A stretch of 64,000 nt of DNA from Adineta vaga (taxonomy: Eukaryota > Animalia > Rotifera), in the NCBI GenBank assembly GCA_021613535.1, contig CP075496.1:12524001-12588000 (forward strand), given 5' to 3'. Of this stretch, positions 31,438 to 45,738 are shown one piece after another. How positions within the stretch are numbered: position 1 is the first letter of the stretch; each line of letters begins with the position of its first letter. The notes beneath the pieces are model-generated. The model searched no databases and was not told the DNA's origin. It saw nothing but the letters and a program-made list of their open reading frames with translations. The translations under genes and the position numbers were made by a program.

Positions 31438-31999
31438 ATGTGTCGAGAACGAACAGTAAGTTAATGTTTTATTAATATTGATGTTCTGATAAAATTTTCG
31501 TTAAAATTAGATCGATGACAATCAAGTTGATAATACAGCCACAGAGCAATTTAATCAAGTACTTGAACAACTTCGTATGTATATCATGGTAAAAAGTTAT
31601 TTTTATTCTTTTATTTTGTCTTTTTAAGATGATGAATTATATGAACTAATTGCAACAACAGCTCATTTACAAGAGGAAAGTATACGTCTTGAACATGAAG
31701 CACGTAGATTAGTTAATGAAAATATCCAAGTACAAATTGAAGCAAGATTGTTGAAAGATAAATATCGTCATAAACGACGGCATTCATTATCGATTGGAAA
31801 AAAACGATTAAATTTTCGACAATTAAAACAACAATTACAACGTCAACGTCAAAGTTTTCTTCGTTTTGAACGACGTTTACGCGCAAAATATGAACAACCT
31901 TTCTTTAATATTACTTCCAATTCCGCAATAAATCAACCACAACAACAATCAACACGTTGTCGTCGTATTCGATCTATCCCATCAGAATCTATTGATTAA
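31438..31999 (+). CDS. Small coiled-coil protein, 3 exons, uncharacterised
   Basis: MCRERT|IDDNQ...EQL|HDELYELIATTAHLQEESIRLEHEARRL...; canonical short introns. Confidence 0.6.
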
Positions 32000-32201
32000 A
32001 AATCAAGTTTCTGTATATATATGTATGAATAATAGATTGAAAAGCCATTGTAACGTTCGTATTTTCAGTATAGTTTTCAAATAAATAGATCGATTGAAAC
32101 ATTTAGAAAAGAAATCATTCAAAGAGATTATGAGGATTTCTTACATACATATATATTTATAACAGTTGTTCTTTTTGTTTTCTTCACTTCGGATTCAGTT
32201 T

Positions 32202-32684
32202 TTAAAAGAAGATAAAATGAGTAATAAATGAAAATAATAAAACATATGTTAGATGTTTCATTGAATTTGATCCATTACAAAGATCCGTCTGACAACAATA
32301 TACTTTAATATCACTTGTCGATGCTTGTGTACAACTAAATGTTGTCCCTCGACTAATTAATTTACCATTAGGCACCGTTAAAACTGTTTTCTGTAGAGAG
32401 AGAGAAAAAACGAACAAACAAAATGAAATAGAAAATATTACGATCACTTACAATACAAGCTGCGCCATAGTTTTGATTTGTAACCACACTTGTATATGGA
32501 TATTCTTTGACAAATGGATCACCACAATCAGCACAAAGATAACATTGAATTATACTTTCACCGGTTTGAAATTCTATAATTGATTTATACAATTTAAAAT
32601 TCGAAAAAATAGTTTTTAATATTGAAACTTACTGCTGATGAAAATACAAAGATAAAACCAGAAAATATATCTATACTTGATCAT
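32202..32684 (-). CDS. Ly6/three-finger (LU) domain protein, likely GPI-anchored, 3 exons
   Basis: Signal-peptide exon, IQCYLCADC, CCQTDLCN motif, hydrophobic C-terminal tail. Confidence 0.85.
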
Positions 32685-33364
32685 ATTGAATTTACTATCG
32701 AAGTAAAAAAAAACGGAAATGTTTTAATATGTATTGATGAAGGACTTGATTTATTGAATGGAGGATGATTGCTATTGATATTTGAAGGTTATTTTACATA
32801 TATATATATAATAAATAATACGATCTATATTTTACAAAATGTGTTGGTGTAAGATGCAACACTATGTTATTTTCGTATTTGATATTGTAATGACTATTAA
32901 CTTTGATAATTGACAATTTTATATGACAAATAAAATTGTAATAATAGCAAACTTAAAGAAGGTTATGTCGTAGAGAACATCAATTGAAATTACAAACGAT
33001 TGAGGTAAGTAGAATGATAGAAATTGATATTAGTCATAGAATGTCATCAAGTTTAAAAATTACACTGATAACTGTTTATAAATACATTCGTTTCAAACTA
33101 TTTTCTAAGAAGAAAATTGAGTTTTAGTTCTAATGAACATAAGAATAAGATTTCATTCTATAGATCTAGTTAAATATTGCATAAAATCATGATATAATTG
33201 TTCAATCAATTTTCTTTAGTCAATACAATGACAAAAGAATGCAATAGACATTTGTTCAATATTGCGGAGGCATGAAAAAGAAAGAAAAAAGATCGATGAT
33301 GAACCATATGTTTTCGATTCCATTTTCATTTATTCATTACAATTGAACAGAATCAAATTTCATA

Positions 33365-33847
33365 ATGCAAATTCAACTATTCTTTATTGGAATTTTGATC
33401 ATGTCTTGTAAATCATATATATGATCTTATCAATTAAAATCATGAATTTATTTTTATTATCGTTATTTAGATATTCAAATAATTGATTCGATTACATGTT
33501 ATCAATGTACAGATTGTCCAGAACCATTTATTGAAACTTATCCATATGTTACATTAGCAAATAATACGAATTTTCTTGCTCGATGCACCGTGAGTTTTAA
33601 TAATTTTTTCATTTAGAAGAAAATAGAGTGAAAGTCTTTTTTGATATAGAAAACAGTAATGCATATGGCTGATGGTCGTCGTTTAGTATCTAAAGGTACG
33701 GTATTTTTTTGTCCAACTCAAACAGCAGCTGCTGATGCTCAGATACATTGTTGTAGTTCAGATTTTTGTAATACAAGTGCTCACATAAATTTATCGACCG
33801 CTTTAATGTTTCTCTCATTTTTTGTTTTAATCAAAATAAATTTATGA
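33365..33847 (+). CDS. Ly6/three-finger (LU) domain protein paralog, likely GPI-anchored, 3 exons
   Basis: MQIQLFFIGILIM signal, ITCYQCTDC, CCSSDFCN motif, hydrophobic tail; same intron layout as neighbour. Confidence 0.85.
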
Positions 33848-34433
33848 ATAGATGCAATAGCATATACAAAATTCAATCAATTTCATTACTGACAAATTGA
33901 TCGTTCTTTTTTCCAAGAGAATATTTTGCAACCAAGAGCTTGTGTAATTATGATGAAGAATGATTCAACCATAATAATACACTATGTTCGATATTTACTT
34001 TTCACGGTCAAAATATGAATAATGTTTTCAAGCATTAATACCGTATGTATGTCGAATCAATAGCTTGATAAACAGAGAACTTCAAGTGAAAAAAAAAGCT
34101 AGTATTATATATAGTAATATTTAAAGTTTAAAATTATCAAACTTTTCTAAACTTTATTGATTTTTATAAAAACTACAATACACATAATTTCCTTTATTGC
34201 CTAATGCAACTTTGCCTTTGGGATTAATTTTCTCGATCAATTTGGAATTGATTTCATTAACCATTTATAACTAAATTTGAGATTCTTTTTATACATCGTA
34301 ATATAAGTCAGCAAGGCTCATTCGGTATCTAGTAGCAGTCAAAGTACGATTGGAACCCCAATCTTTTAGTGCTTTTCGCGCGATCAGCACTGGCATAGTT
34401 AATTGTAAGACGTAATTTTGTTTAATTAAAACA

Positions 34434-34496
34434 TGAAGAGCCTCACCCGCTTGGGCGAGACCCCCCATCCGATTCCGTAGCGGATGAGGCCCTTCA
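34434..34496 (-). other. GC-rich 18-bp stem-loop (27-nt loop)
   Basis: Arms 34434-34451 and 34479-34496 are complementary; two A-C mismatches on + are G-U pairs on -. Confidence 0.75.
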
Positions 34497-34530
34497 GCAA
34501 TGTCAACCTTGATCACATGAGCTATTCGCG

Positions 34531-34695
34531 CTGCCATTTTGCAAGTGGCTTTTCTTTTTTTTCCAGCGACTTTTGTCTCTGTATTGAGAACTTTCTTGAT
34601 TTTTTGATTGAGCTGTCATTTTGCAAGAGGATTTTCTTTTTTTTCAGCGACTTTTGTCTGTGTATTGAGAACTTTCTTGGCTTTTTTATTGAGCG
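34531..34695. repeat. Two-copy ~82-bp imperfect direct tandem repeat
   Basis: ctg(c/t)cattttgcaag...cagcgacttttgtct(c/g)tgtattgagaactttcttg...attgagc occurs twice back to back. Confidence 0.9.
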
Positions 34696-36448
34696 TTTGA
34701 GGATTTGAGCGTTCGATCGGACTTCGAAATAAACCTTCCATCATACATTGACTTTGTGAGTGAGTGAGTGATCCTTGCCAAACTTTGTTTTGCAACAAAT
34801 ATGAGGGGTATTTTTTTGTTCAAGATAAACATCGATCTCAATGCACCAACGATAGTTCCGGTGATGCCAATAGAATTTGTGATATATGAGTCGAAATCGA
34901 AAACTAAGTAAACTCATACAAAGATAGTGATCAATAGTCATAATTCCAAATTCATAGAACTATAGAAATGATACAATCATTCTATTGAATCAAACTATCT
35001 ACTGAATTTCCTCTAATCTTGATTTCGAATTTTAGCTCTTATCACATATTCTATTTTCATCTGGATCCATCTGACACAATTGGGCAAGCACATCCGATGT
35101 TCAGCCTGAATCTGTTTCAGTTATTCTAATTTGCTATTGAATAACCAAATAATACCTGCCGTAACTTTAATTCTAAGTTACGTTTTTCACCATTATCATT
35201 AATTTTATTTAACAATACTGAAAGTTTTCTTGCCAGCATAGCTAGCCAATATAAGAAGAATCCCAAATTTTAGATTATTTATTTGAAATTTGAATACATG
35301 AGTAAGCTTTGTAGGCTTTTCATCCAATCGTTGAATTTTCTACTTGAACATTTCTCTAATTGTTACCGATTGTCATTTTGTACTGCATCTCATTACAATA
35401 ACAATTTGGCCACAATTCTATTTTTCCATTTACCTCTAGTCCGCATTATATCGTTCATTATAAACAGATATCTTTGTATATCTATGTCTATTTTATGTAA
35501 ACCATTAATTAGTTGTTATTGTTGTAATAATATCAGCATAAGCATAGCTAGAAAAGACAGCAAATATTGAATTTGTTATTCAATACTACATCTCATTTTC
35601 GAAATAATGACGAAATTGTAGGATATTTGTCGCTGATGAAATTCTCTTCGCTGAGAATGAAGAAGTGAGTTGAAATGCTGTCCTTTTTATAGAGCGAAAC
35701 ACAAAGAGTATGATTCATTCTACTATACGTGTATGAATGGTGTAGTATGGTGCAATTACATATGAATAGTTCTAAGATAACGATGTAGATTTTACGTAAT
35801 ATCAAAAGTCATTAGCGATGAAGAAACATTTTACGTACCATTTGTTTTGTTGTTCTTGATGAGATTCATGTATTATTATTTCGACGTCAATCGATCTTCA
35901 TTTCATAATTATATCGTTGTGTGAAACGTAAGTTTGAATCCATATCTTCATAACCAAGTATTACTTCAACTGATACATCTGAAACTAAGTAATTGAAGCA
36001 AATATTTATATACATAGGTGTGACTTTTAGAGTGAGTAAAAAGCAAAAGTGGGTAGTAATAATAGGTGAGATAACGAAGGAAAAAGGTAATATAAAAGCA
36101 CGTTTTACTATACTATAACGAAAAGAATATTTCATGCAATGATTATGCTGTATCATTTATGCCGTAGACTTTTCTAGTATTATCTCGACATACACATTTT
36201 TGCACTCAAACGTTCTTTTTCTTTATGAATCATTATGACAATGAATGCGGAAAAAAATATATAATATTTCATAATCAAAGAAACTACTCGAAGAATCTGA
36301 TTTTCAATTATGAATACGTTCAACTCGTAATATTACCTTTAATAATGAGTTGGAAGAAAAATAATATGATTTCGCATTTTTCGTGTTCTCTGATGGTGTA
36401 TGTAAAGAGTCGAATCTATACTTACATATGTTTTTTTCCAGTTGTGTT

Positions 36449-36534
36449 ATAGGCAACCGGGTTTTTTTGCCTACTTCTTTTATTACTCGACTGGGTTTTT
36501 TTCTTTTCTCCCGACTGAATGATTCAGTCGCCTA
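36449..36534. repeat. Palindrome cluster, possibly a transposon-end remnant
   Basis: taggcaa..ttgccta and cgactgaat-g-attcagtcg inverted repeats. Confidence 0.5.
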
Positions 36535-37424
36535 CGCACAGAGCAAAGGCCACTATCAACATTTGTTTTTTGTGCTGACATTTTTAACGTTGATTTTAAA
36601 AAAAATCCACAATCTTCAAAAACAAAATGATGAATAAAACACATTTTTCTCAGAATTATGTTGTTTTTCTAAAAAAGAAAATCATGATATATATCTTCAA
36701 CTCGGTTATTATTTAATTGTCCTTAAAAAGAACATATTATCGGATGTTGTGCAATGTCACAGAGAAGAATACATATCTGCTTCTATTTTCAATACAAAGA
36801 TATAGAATCTTCTTTAATGTTTAAAAAAAAGTACGAACACCTATGAAATGTTGTATTATATTTTTCAAGATTGGTATGTTAGATAAAAGGTTGTTTTCAT
36901 TGTGTGAAATACTTGAAAATGTCTTTCAAATACTTTGACATGAAGAAAACGAACATATTTCTTCGTGAAGGTGATATTTATTTATTCAAATTTATATATA
37001 AATCTTGAAAAATTTCTCCTGTTAGATAATCATTATCAACGGTTTCATCTTGTTGAACTAAAATGTCACATATGAAAAGAAACACTCGAAAGGTGGCGCA
37101 CATGAATATTCAATATTCAATATTACTTTTTTCTTACGGCCATTGAAATATCTGTTTGTCAAAGCAATCGCTTTCGTTTTGTTTACTTTGAAAACAAATT
37201 TAATATTTCATATTGTCATAAAAGAGATCGTTACATAGTAACGTTGAACATCATGGAGCATTTAACCAATCGTATTGAAGAATGTGAAGTTATAACGATA
37301 CCTTTCAAAAATATATCAAAGTCAAAGGAATTAAAATAAACATTTATTCTTGTAATTAATTTAAACTATAAGATGTCAATGTTGACTGAAGATATCCTCC
37401 TTATTTCAGAATATCATCCCAGAA

Positions 37425-40400
37425 ATGTCTCGAAATAGTATACGAAAACATTCTCGTAATGGTAGTTTAAGCAGCTATTGTCGAAGTATGTGTTCCAGTT
37501 ATGGTAGTGCTGATAACGATTCCTTAATGGTATGAACATACATCAATTTACTTTATAATACGAAAAATATCATTCAAAGAATTTGACATTTTCTATTCGT
37601 TTTTTCTTTCCTCTATTATTCTTGTTTGATTATAATCATGAAACCTTTCAAAGATGATATACACAGATTATCAATTTCTACTCACTGAATGACATCATAA
37701 ACAAATCCTTTGTTGAACGTAAATCAAGGCTTCAACATGTGTATATGTTGCGTTGAAATGTAACGAAAAAAAAAGTTCGTGCAGTATTTGTTCTTCTTTT
37801 TCTTTGCATCAAATATGAATTCAAAGTACTTGCACACATCCATTTCTCTTCTTCTTCTTCTTTGCTTCTCATCATTGTCCTTTGCTTGTTACATTCTATG
37901 AAAATCATTCTTACTCATGCTCCAGCTGGTGCATCTTATTGTCTATAGTATCGTTGTTTCTGGAAAATATTCGTCGTCTCTGCTTCGTGCCAAATACAAC
38001 GCACACCCTAACGACGGAGTTTATAATTATATATGAAAAAAAATCAGGTTTATTTACCTAATCGTATGTGTATACATCATTCATTTCTTTGCTGCTTCTT
38101 TTTATTTCAATCGTCAACAGACGACCTTCGACTGCACATCTGTCACAGAATATTGTCTTCTTTTCTTTTTTTAACTAGGAACTCACCGACGAGCACGTTT
38201 TACGTTTGCTCGATCGTGCAATTGATCAACACGACGATACAAGTTCAATGAATTCTCGACGATATCTACCACAAATTCCTTCTGAATCAGCAACTATGAC
38301 AATAAAGAATCACACTTTATTATCATCTCGATCAGCAATTGAAGATTTATTTCATGTTTTTGAAAATGATCCTGAATTTATTACGATGGGTAAACGTTTA
38401 TTGAATAAAAAACGAAAATTAGAACAATTAAGAGCACAACTGAATCTACCCGAAGATTTATCTACAGAAGATGCAGTGAAATTATTACAAATAAGAGAAC
38501 GTCTTCGAGCAAAACGAAAACTTCGTAAGTAAAGTGATTTTCATGAAGATTCAAAGAATTATCGTTTAAATATTAGCTACAGTCATTATTGAACCAGAGA
38601 AACCATCAATAATGCATCGAAGATCATCGACTAGTATGCCTGATTTGACTCAAACAACCTTGTAAGTTAAGAATTCAAAGAGAATTTGTCTATTTATTTT
38701 GTTTGTAGATTGGATACAACTAATCAATCATCATTATTCGATCTGAATGCTTCATTAAATAGTTCGATCTTTCGAAAACGACGACGACGACAATCACTTT
38801 TTCGGGTAAATAGATTTCATGAAATCTTATACTATTATCATCGTCTGATTTCTTTCCAGTCATCGTTAAAATTCATGGTAAACTGTGAGAAAATAATATG
38901 TTGAGGTGAAAGGAAATTATAATTTTATTATTTCATTTTGCTTTGCTATGATTATATTAGTTTTCCATCTGTGATTGTATCAGATAGGATTAAAAATAAG
39001 AAACATGATAGAGATCATGTAATTATAGATGTGTTGATTTCATGTAGAAAGAAAATCTAATAGAGAATTTTGCTTTTTTTTATAGAAACAAGTTGGACCT
39101 GAATTTGTTTTGAAACCAGAGAATAAAATCGAAAAAATAACTGTTCCTAGTCGAGTAAGTTGAATCATTTCTTTAAAAACACATTCGATTATTTTGCTTT
39201 TCAATTTTTATTAAAGAATCCATCAGAATGTATTTGTCAAGTTATAGTCCTTCTTCCCAATAATAATCGTGTGCAAATTTGTTGTAAATCTGATGCTATC
39301 GTACGAATTATCCACGAAACCATTGTATCTTACATTGATCTCATTGAATATGATCTCTTTGCTCTTGCAATGCTAATTGGTATAACAATTCCTATGTTTT
39401 TATGTCTTTCTTGATAATTTCTATTATTTAGATGGTGAATATTATTTTCCAGCAATGGATTTGAAAATCTCGAAATTAGTAAATGATTCGAAATGGAAAA
39501 GTGGTTATGCTAAATTTGTTATGCAATTGAAAATCAAATATTTCGTGAATGATATTGCCTTACTGAGGTTAATTTGATTTGAAGAAAAATTATATGATGA
39601 AATTTCTTTGATTTTTATAGGCATTTTCTTACACAACATTTTTTCTATTTACAATTTCGACAAATGATTCTTGCTGATACATTTCAAACAACAAATGAAC
39701 AGAAATTATCATTTGCTTCATTGGCTCTTCAAGCAGAATATGGTGATAATGAACAGTATCGAAATGAGTTCATTGTTGAACATTATGCATCGAATAATCT
39801 GATTAATGAAGTAAAGAAAATATTCTTTTGCAAATAGTGATTTTCCAATCATTTGTTTATTTAGTATGGTACGGAGAGTTTACGACAAGAAATCTATGGA
39901 AGACAACAATTTTACGCGGAATTAAATGATATTCAAGCAGAACGAATGTTTGTCGAAAATGTTATGAAATTAGGTAAAGAAAGAAATGTTTTATGAAAAA
40001 ATATCAATGGAAAATTTGATTTCTCTTCAGATGATTATGGTTATCATATGTACAAATTATATAAAGATACGAAACATGAAGATGTCTATCTTGTTGGCAT
40101 TCGTTTACGTGATATATCCATTTGGCAATTAAGAAGTCGACAACGACAAGCAAAAATAACCTATGATTGGGAGCAAATTGAACGCATAGGTCATGATAAG
40201 AAAACATTTGCAATTATATTGAAACGACATATCAATGAAGGAAAAATTAAATACTTAACTAATAATAGTAAAAAGTGAATATTTATTTTTCTTAATATTT
40301 TTAATAGTAAATTATGTATATTGTTTTATTAGAGGAAAATATTTATTCGATTTATGTTATGATACGTATACATATACAAAATCACTTCTTCTTCGTCATA

Positions 40401-43400
40401 ATAGTCGATATAGTTTGTTAAATGAACGGATTAGTGATGGTAAGTTTAAACATGAAAAGCAATTCAATAGATGATTACTTATTTCTATTCTATTTCAGTT
40501 GAATTTGTACGTAATGGATCTGATATAGATAGTTTCGATTTAACCGTATGACATATCATTTAAAATTCAATACTGTATAATTTAATTTAGGTTGAGCAAA
40601 GTCGAACACAATCACATGAAAGCTTGAGTACATTAGGAAAGTATGCATTTCTCGAATGAAATTCTCTTGATTTCATAGTATAATATGAAAAATATTTATT
40701 TTAGAAATTCGGATGGTAATGCAACATCAGCGACGATCTATGAAGTCGATTTATATAAAGATAATAATAATAGTTTGGGAATGTCATTGATGGGTGATTC
40801 TACTACGGGAATATTTGTTAAGTCCGTTTATCCATCGGATGGAAGTGCGGCGAGATTAGCAAAGATTCAAACAGGTATGAATATTTACTTAAAAATCTTT
40901 TTTTTTCTCCTTAAAAACAATCTTTGAATTTCTAGGTGATCGACTTTTAGCTTACAATGGAAAACCAATTAATAATATAAGTGTACAAGAAGTTGCTGAT
41001 ATTCTTAGTCTATTACCAAATCCATGTCGATTGAAAATTTCTCGCTATACGAATATGGTACAAAATCAACGAGAGAAAATACGACGTCCGATGAGTGTTG
41101 ATGCCGATTCATTATTTCAACAACAAAAATCGAATAATCATTCATCCTCCAATGCTTTATCAGTAAGATTTTCTTCTTTCTATCAATGATTATACTTTGT
41201 TTCAATTGATATACATATATATATATATATAGACAACATGGTTAAATGAAAGTTTTTCGAATACTTTGCCAACAAAACGTGTCCTCTCAAATGAAAGTAT
41301 TCTATCACAAGCATCAGATCTTCAAAGTACACGTGATATTAAAAGTGCTGTATTTCCTGTTACTATTGATAAAACTGGTTATACTAGTTTGGGTTTTCTT
41401 GTTGTGGTATGAAATTTCTTCTAGGAAATTATCGAATCAGAAGAGAAAAGATTAATCTTTATAAATTTTCAGGGTGGTTTGGATTCAGAAATTGAAGATC
41501 ATGGAATCTATGTGAAGAGTATAACACCAGGTGGTGCAGCTTCAAAATCAAAACTATTAATGGAAGGTATAGTACTATGTAAATCTAATTTATCCATTGA
41601 AAATAGTTTGTTTTTTATCAAGGTGATAAAATTCTTGAAGTCAATGGTGTTTCATTATCACGAGTAACACATTCTGAAGCAGTAGAAATCTTTCGTCAAG
41701 CAACGAAACCACAATGTCATTTACTTGTTCAACGTCTTATCTTGCCGAATAGAACTCGTTCATCTTCTTTCACAAATATTTATCCATTTGCTCGATCTGG
41801 TATGAAATTTATGAACGAGAGAAAAATAATCACAGAACATTTTTGATATTTTTTTAAAATGATTTTTCTAGAAAATACATTTGAAGTTATTCTAAATCGT
41901 GGTCAGAATGGTTTAGGTCTTAGTTTATCAGGTGGATCGGCAGAAAATAAACCAATTGAAATCATTGATATTTATCCAAATCAACCAGCAGCTCAATCAG
42001 GTCGATTAAAGATTGGTGATGTTATACTATCAATAAATGATGTTACTATGCATAATCGAAATGTTCGAGTATGTCAATTTTTATTTTGAACAAAAGAAGA
42101 AATGAGTTATTTTCTTTTCTAGGATGTACCTTCAGTCATGACTGAATCAGTAGGAAATGTTAAACTTCTTGTTTGTCGACCTGATTCACAAGAGTATCAG
42201 TCCTATTTGGTTTGAATTGATTAATAAGGAAATTAATATTTGATGTTTCCATGATTTTAGGATCAACAAAGGAATGATTCGAACAAATCAACAGGAAAAA
42301 ATAATAATGAAGAACGTCGAGTTTCTAATGATTTCATTCGTGACTTACCGCCTAAATCACCTGGTAATAGACGACGTGGTTCCACAAAAATCAAACGTGG
42401 CGAGGTAAAGATTGATTTTAAATATATAAATACATGTGTGGTAAATTGGGTTCGAAACAATCAATATTGAATAAATCCTTTATTGGTAGAAAACAAGAAC
42501 AGGAATTCAATAGTTGATTGTTTTTTAGAAGGAAACTTATAGATTTCACATATTCCTCTCTTTTTTCTTTCATGATGTTTTTAACTATATTTGAAATAAT
42601 GAAAACGCTTTGTTCAAAACACATACTAGACGTTTGCAATAATAATGAACAAGGAAACCGATAGTGGTTTTGGTTTTACCTTATCAGCAGGTTCAACATC
42701 GATTGGATATCCACATATTCGATCTGTTCTACGTGAACCTGCTCTTTCAGCTGGTTTAAAACATTGGGATCGTATTTTATCAATAGATGATTATGATTGT
42801 CAAACAATCAGTCATCGTGATCTTGTTGCACGTCTTCGTTATTCACCTACTGGTCCTGTACATTTCATTATTTATCGACCACGTATCGACGAAATTGTTC
42901 ATGCTAAAGAACGAAGTCGCTTATTACACAATACATCGTACACGTCAACAAGTGTGGGCGTGAGTTAGAGAGTGATACTTTTCACTCTCTCTCTATTCTT
43001 TTTGTGAACAACTGCATGCTATAGCATCTGAAAAAATATGTTTATAAAAAAAAAACTTCTTTTTGCTTCTTGTATCTCTTTATACATATACTAACGATAT
43101 CTAAATACTAGCATTGTGTGTGTGTATATATATATAGATACATATCTTTGTCTTAATGATCAATAGAAATAATATGAATGATTTTTTGTATTTATTTTAA
43201 AGGATCAATCTACTATTAGTAATTCAGCTCCGCCATCACCTGTTTTACCTGCTAAAACTATGAAACCTGAAATATTTCGTGAGCCAGTGGTAAGATTGAT
43301 ATGTTTCTATTTCCGAAGAATGATAACTACTACGATGAATTTCATATATTTCTTAGCAATATGAAAAAATACAAATTTCATTACCAAAAGCTTCTCATGG

Positions 43401-45589
43401 AACGTATGGTATTGGACTTAGTCAAATTGATCCTCACCAAAAACATGGTGAAATATTTATATGTGCTCTTCAACCAAATGGAACAGCAGAGAAAGATGGA
43501 CGTTTAAAGATTGATGATCGTTTATTATGTATTAACGATCAAAATACAGATCTTATGACGTATCGAGAAGTAGTAGAAGCATTAAAATTAACAACCAAAA
43601 AAGGTGTTACTTTACTTATTGCCAGGTAAAACAAACCATTTGCATTAAACTATTAAATCGAATATTGAATTTAGACCTGTGATTGATCCTTCTACAGCAA
43701 ACAAAAATAATCTTGTTACGGAAAAAGACATTTCTACAGTATGTAAATGTTTAATAAATATTTTAACTGAATATTCTTTTCAAAAAAATTCATCGAAATA
43801 TTTTAGAAACATAACGAAAAACCGACAACGAATTCTATGGATGCAACATCACCACCTTTATCTTCAATCATTGAAAAACTTATTCCACGTGAAAAACCGA
43901 AACTATTACCATTATCAAATACTGAAAAAACCCAACAAACTACTACAGTTTTATCACCTGATTCCATCGAATCAACATCCTCGTCAACACAACCACCGGC
44001 CAATTCTCCAGTGAAATCTCTATTTCGTAAAAAGAACAACAAACCAATACCACCATCCAATCTAGATATTTCTTCTAATCAAAATGCAATCATTCCAAAC
44101 AAAACAAAAACTTCTCCAGCATCAAATACAGATCTTGATGAAGATACAAGTGATATCAAAACACCACCAATGTCACCACGTTCACCAGTCGCACCTTTAC
44201 CGCCCGTTCTTGAATTGAAAGTACCACCCGTACCTACGAAACCACTTTCAAGTAAGTCTATACAATTGCAATCATGTGATCTTATTAATTTATGTTTAGC
44301 ATCACAATCCAATGATCTTGCTAAACGTATCGAATATTATCAAGTAAGAATATGAATTATATTGAATTTCAAAAAATAAAACTTTCCTATGATGATTATT
44401 TTATTTAGCAAGTTGCAGAAAAAGAAACATTAGTACTCAATGCTGGTGTGGCTGAAAAAGTCGAAAATTTAACTCCACAATTAATAACTAAAATAAGTAC
44501 ACCAGCAATAACGATGGATACAGCAACATTAATGGATGAATGTCGAGAAATTGATGTAAAAATTGATTCACAAGAATATTTAGAAGAATTTCGAGTAATT
44601 GTTTTATTTAGTCATTAGAATAAAGAAAACAATTTAATTCTTTTGTAAATATTTAGGCATTAAAAACTTTGAATGAACATGAACCAGCAGATTTCAATTC
44701 CATAGCGATTCAAGCAAGAAATCAAGCATTAAATCGATTTCAAAATATCATTCCTTATGATTATAATCGTGTTATTCTTTCTACAAAACCAGATTATATC
44801 AATGCAAGTCATATAAATATTCCAATTGGTGATAAATCCATGAAATATATCGTTTGTCCACCTCCGGTATCAGATAGTATCAGTAAGTCGATTTCAATTT
44901 CAAAATAAATCGAATTTCACTTTTTCTATTTATCAGATGATTTTTGGCAAATGATTATTGATCAACATATTAAATGTATGATAGGTATATTCAATGATCA
45001 AGATTTGAAAAAGATGAAATGTCCAATCTATTGGCCAACAACACTCAAAGCAACAATGACATTTTCACAATTGTAAGTTCAAAACAAGGAACTTTATTTT
45101 TCTCTCATAGAAAAAAATTCGTTTTATTTTAGTTTATCAGTCACATTAAATAAACATCGTCCACTTGAGAGTGGTTTGGATATAAAAGAATTTCTCATAC
45201 GTGTTACTGAACAACCACATCAAAAACAAGATCATGCTGTTATTTTTCTGACATACAATAAATGGCCAATGGATGAAAATATCCCAAATGAAACTCAATC
45301 CTTTCTCAATTTAATACATTTAGCTCATTCATATCAAACACATGGAACACCATTATTAATTCATTGCAATACAGGTGTTGGACGAACAGGCTGTGCATTA
45401 TTAGTGAGTTTACTTTTGATTAAAATGATACGCGGTCGAACATTAGATATTTATGCAATGGCAAAAGAATGTCGTCGTCAACGATCAGGTGTTATTCAGA
45501 CTGAACAACAATATCGATTTATTTATGAATGTGCACGTGATGCGCTTAACATGGCTATTGAACATTCAATTATGCAAAGTGCACAATAA
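37425..45589 (+). CDS. PTPN13: PTPN13 (FAP-1)-like: FERM domain, five PDZ domains, C-terminal tyrosine phosphatase domain; many exons, start approximate
   Basis: FERM (FASLALQAEYGD, DYGYHMY); PDZ loops SLGMSL, SLGFLV, GLGLSLSGG, GFGFTL, TYGIGL; PTP NRFQNIIPYDYNRV, DYINAS, IHCNTGVGRTG, RRQRSGVIQTEQQY. Confidence 0.88.
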
Positions 45590-45738
45590 CTTCTATCGGT
45601 TTATTTTATTTTTTATGTATACAGAAAGAATGAATATATGATAGAGTTTCTTTTTTTATCTAATCTTTTTTTCTCGTTCTTTTTCTAAATAAATATATAC
45701 ATAAACTAGAACATAAAGATAAGACAATTGATGTGAAG

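Noticed and set aside
34289-34537. 82-aa ORF across the GC-rich hairpins
   Set aside because: No recognisable motif; openness is explained by local GC richness
35592-35670. CTGATGA followed by a hairpin, resembling a hammerhead ribozyme core
   Set aside because: GAAA core reads GAAG, spacing is off and no proper NUH cleavage site or stem III
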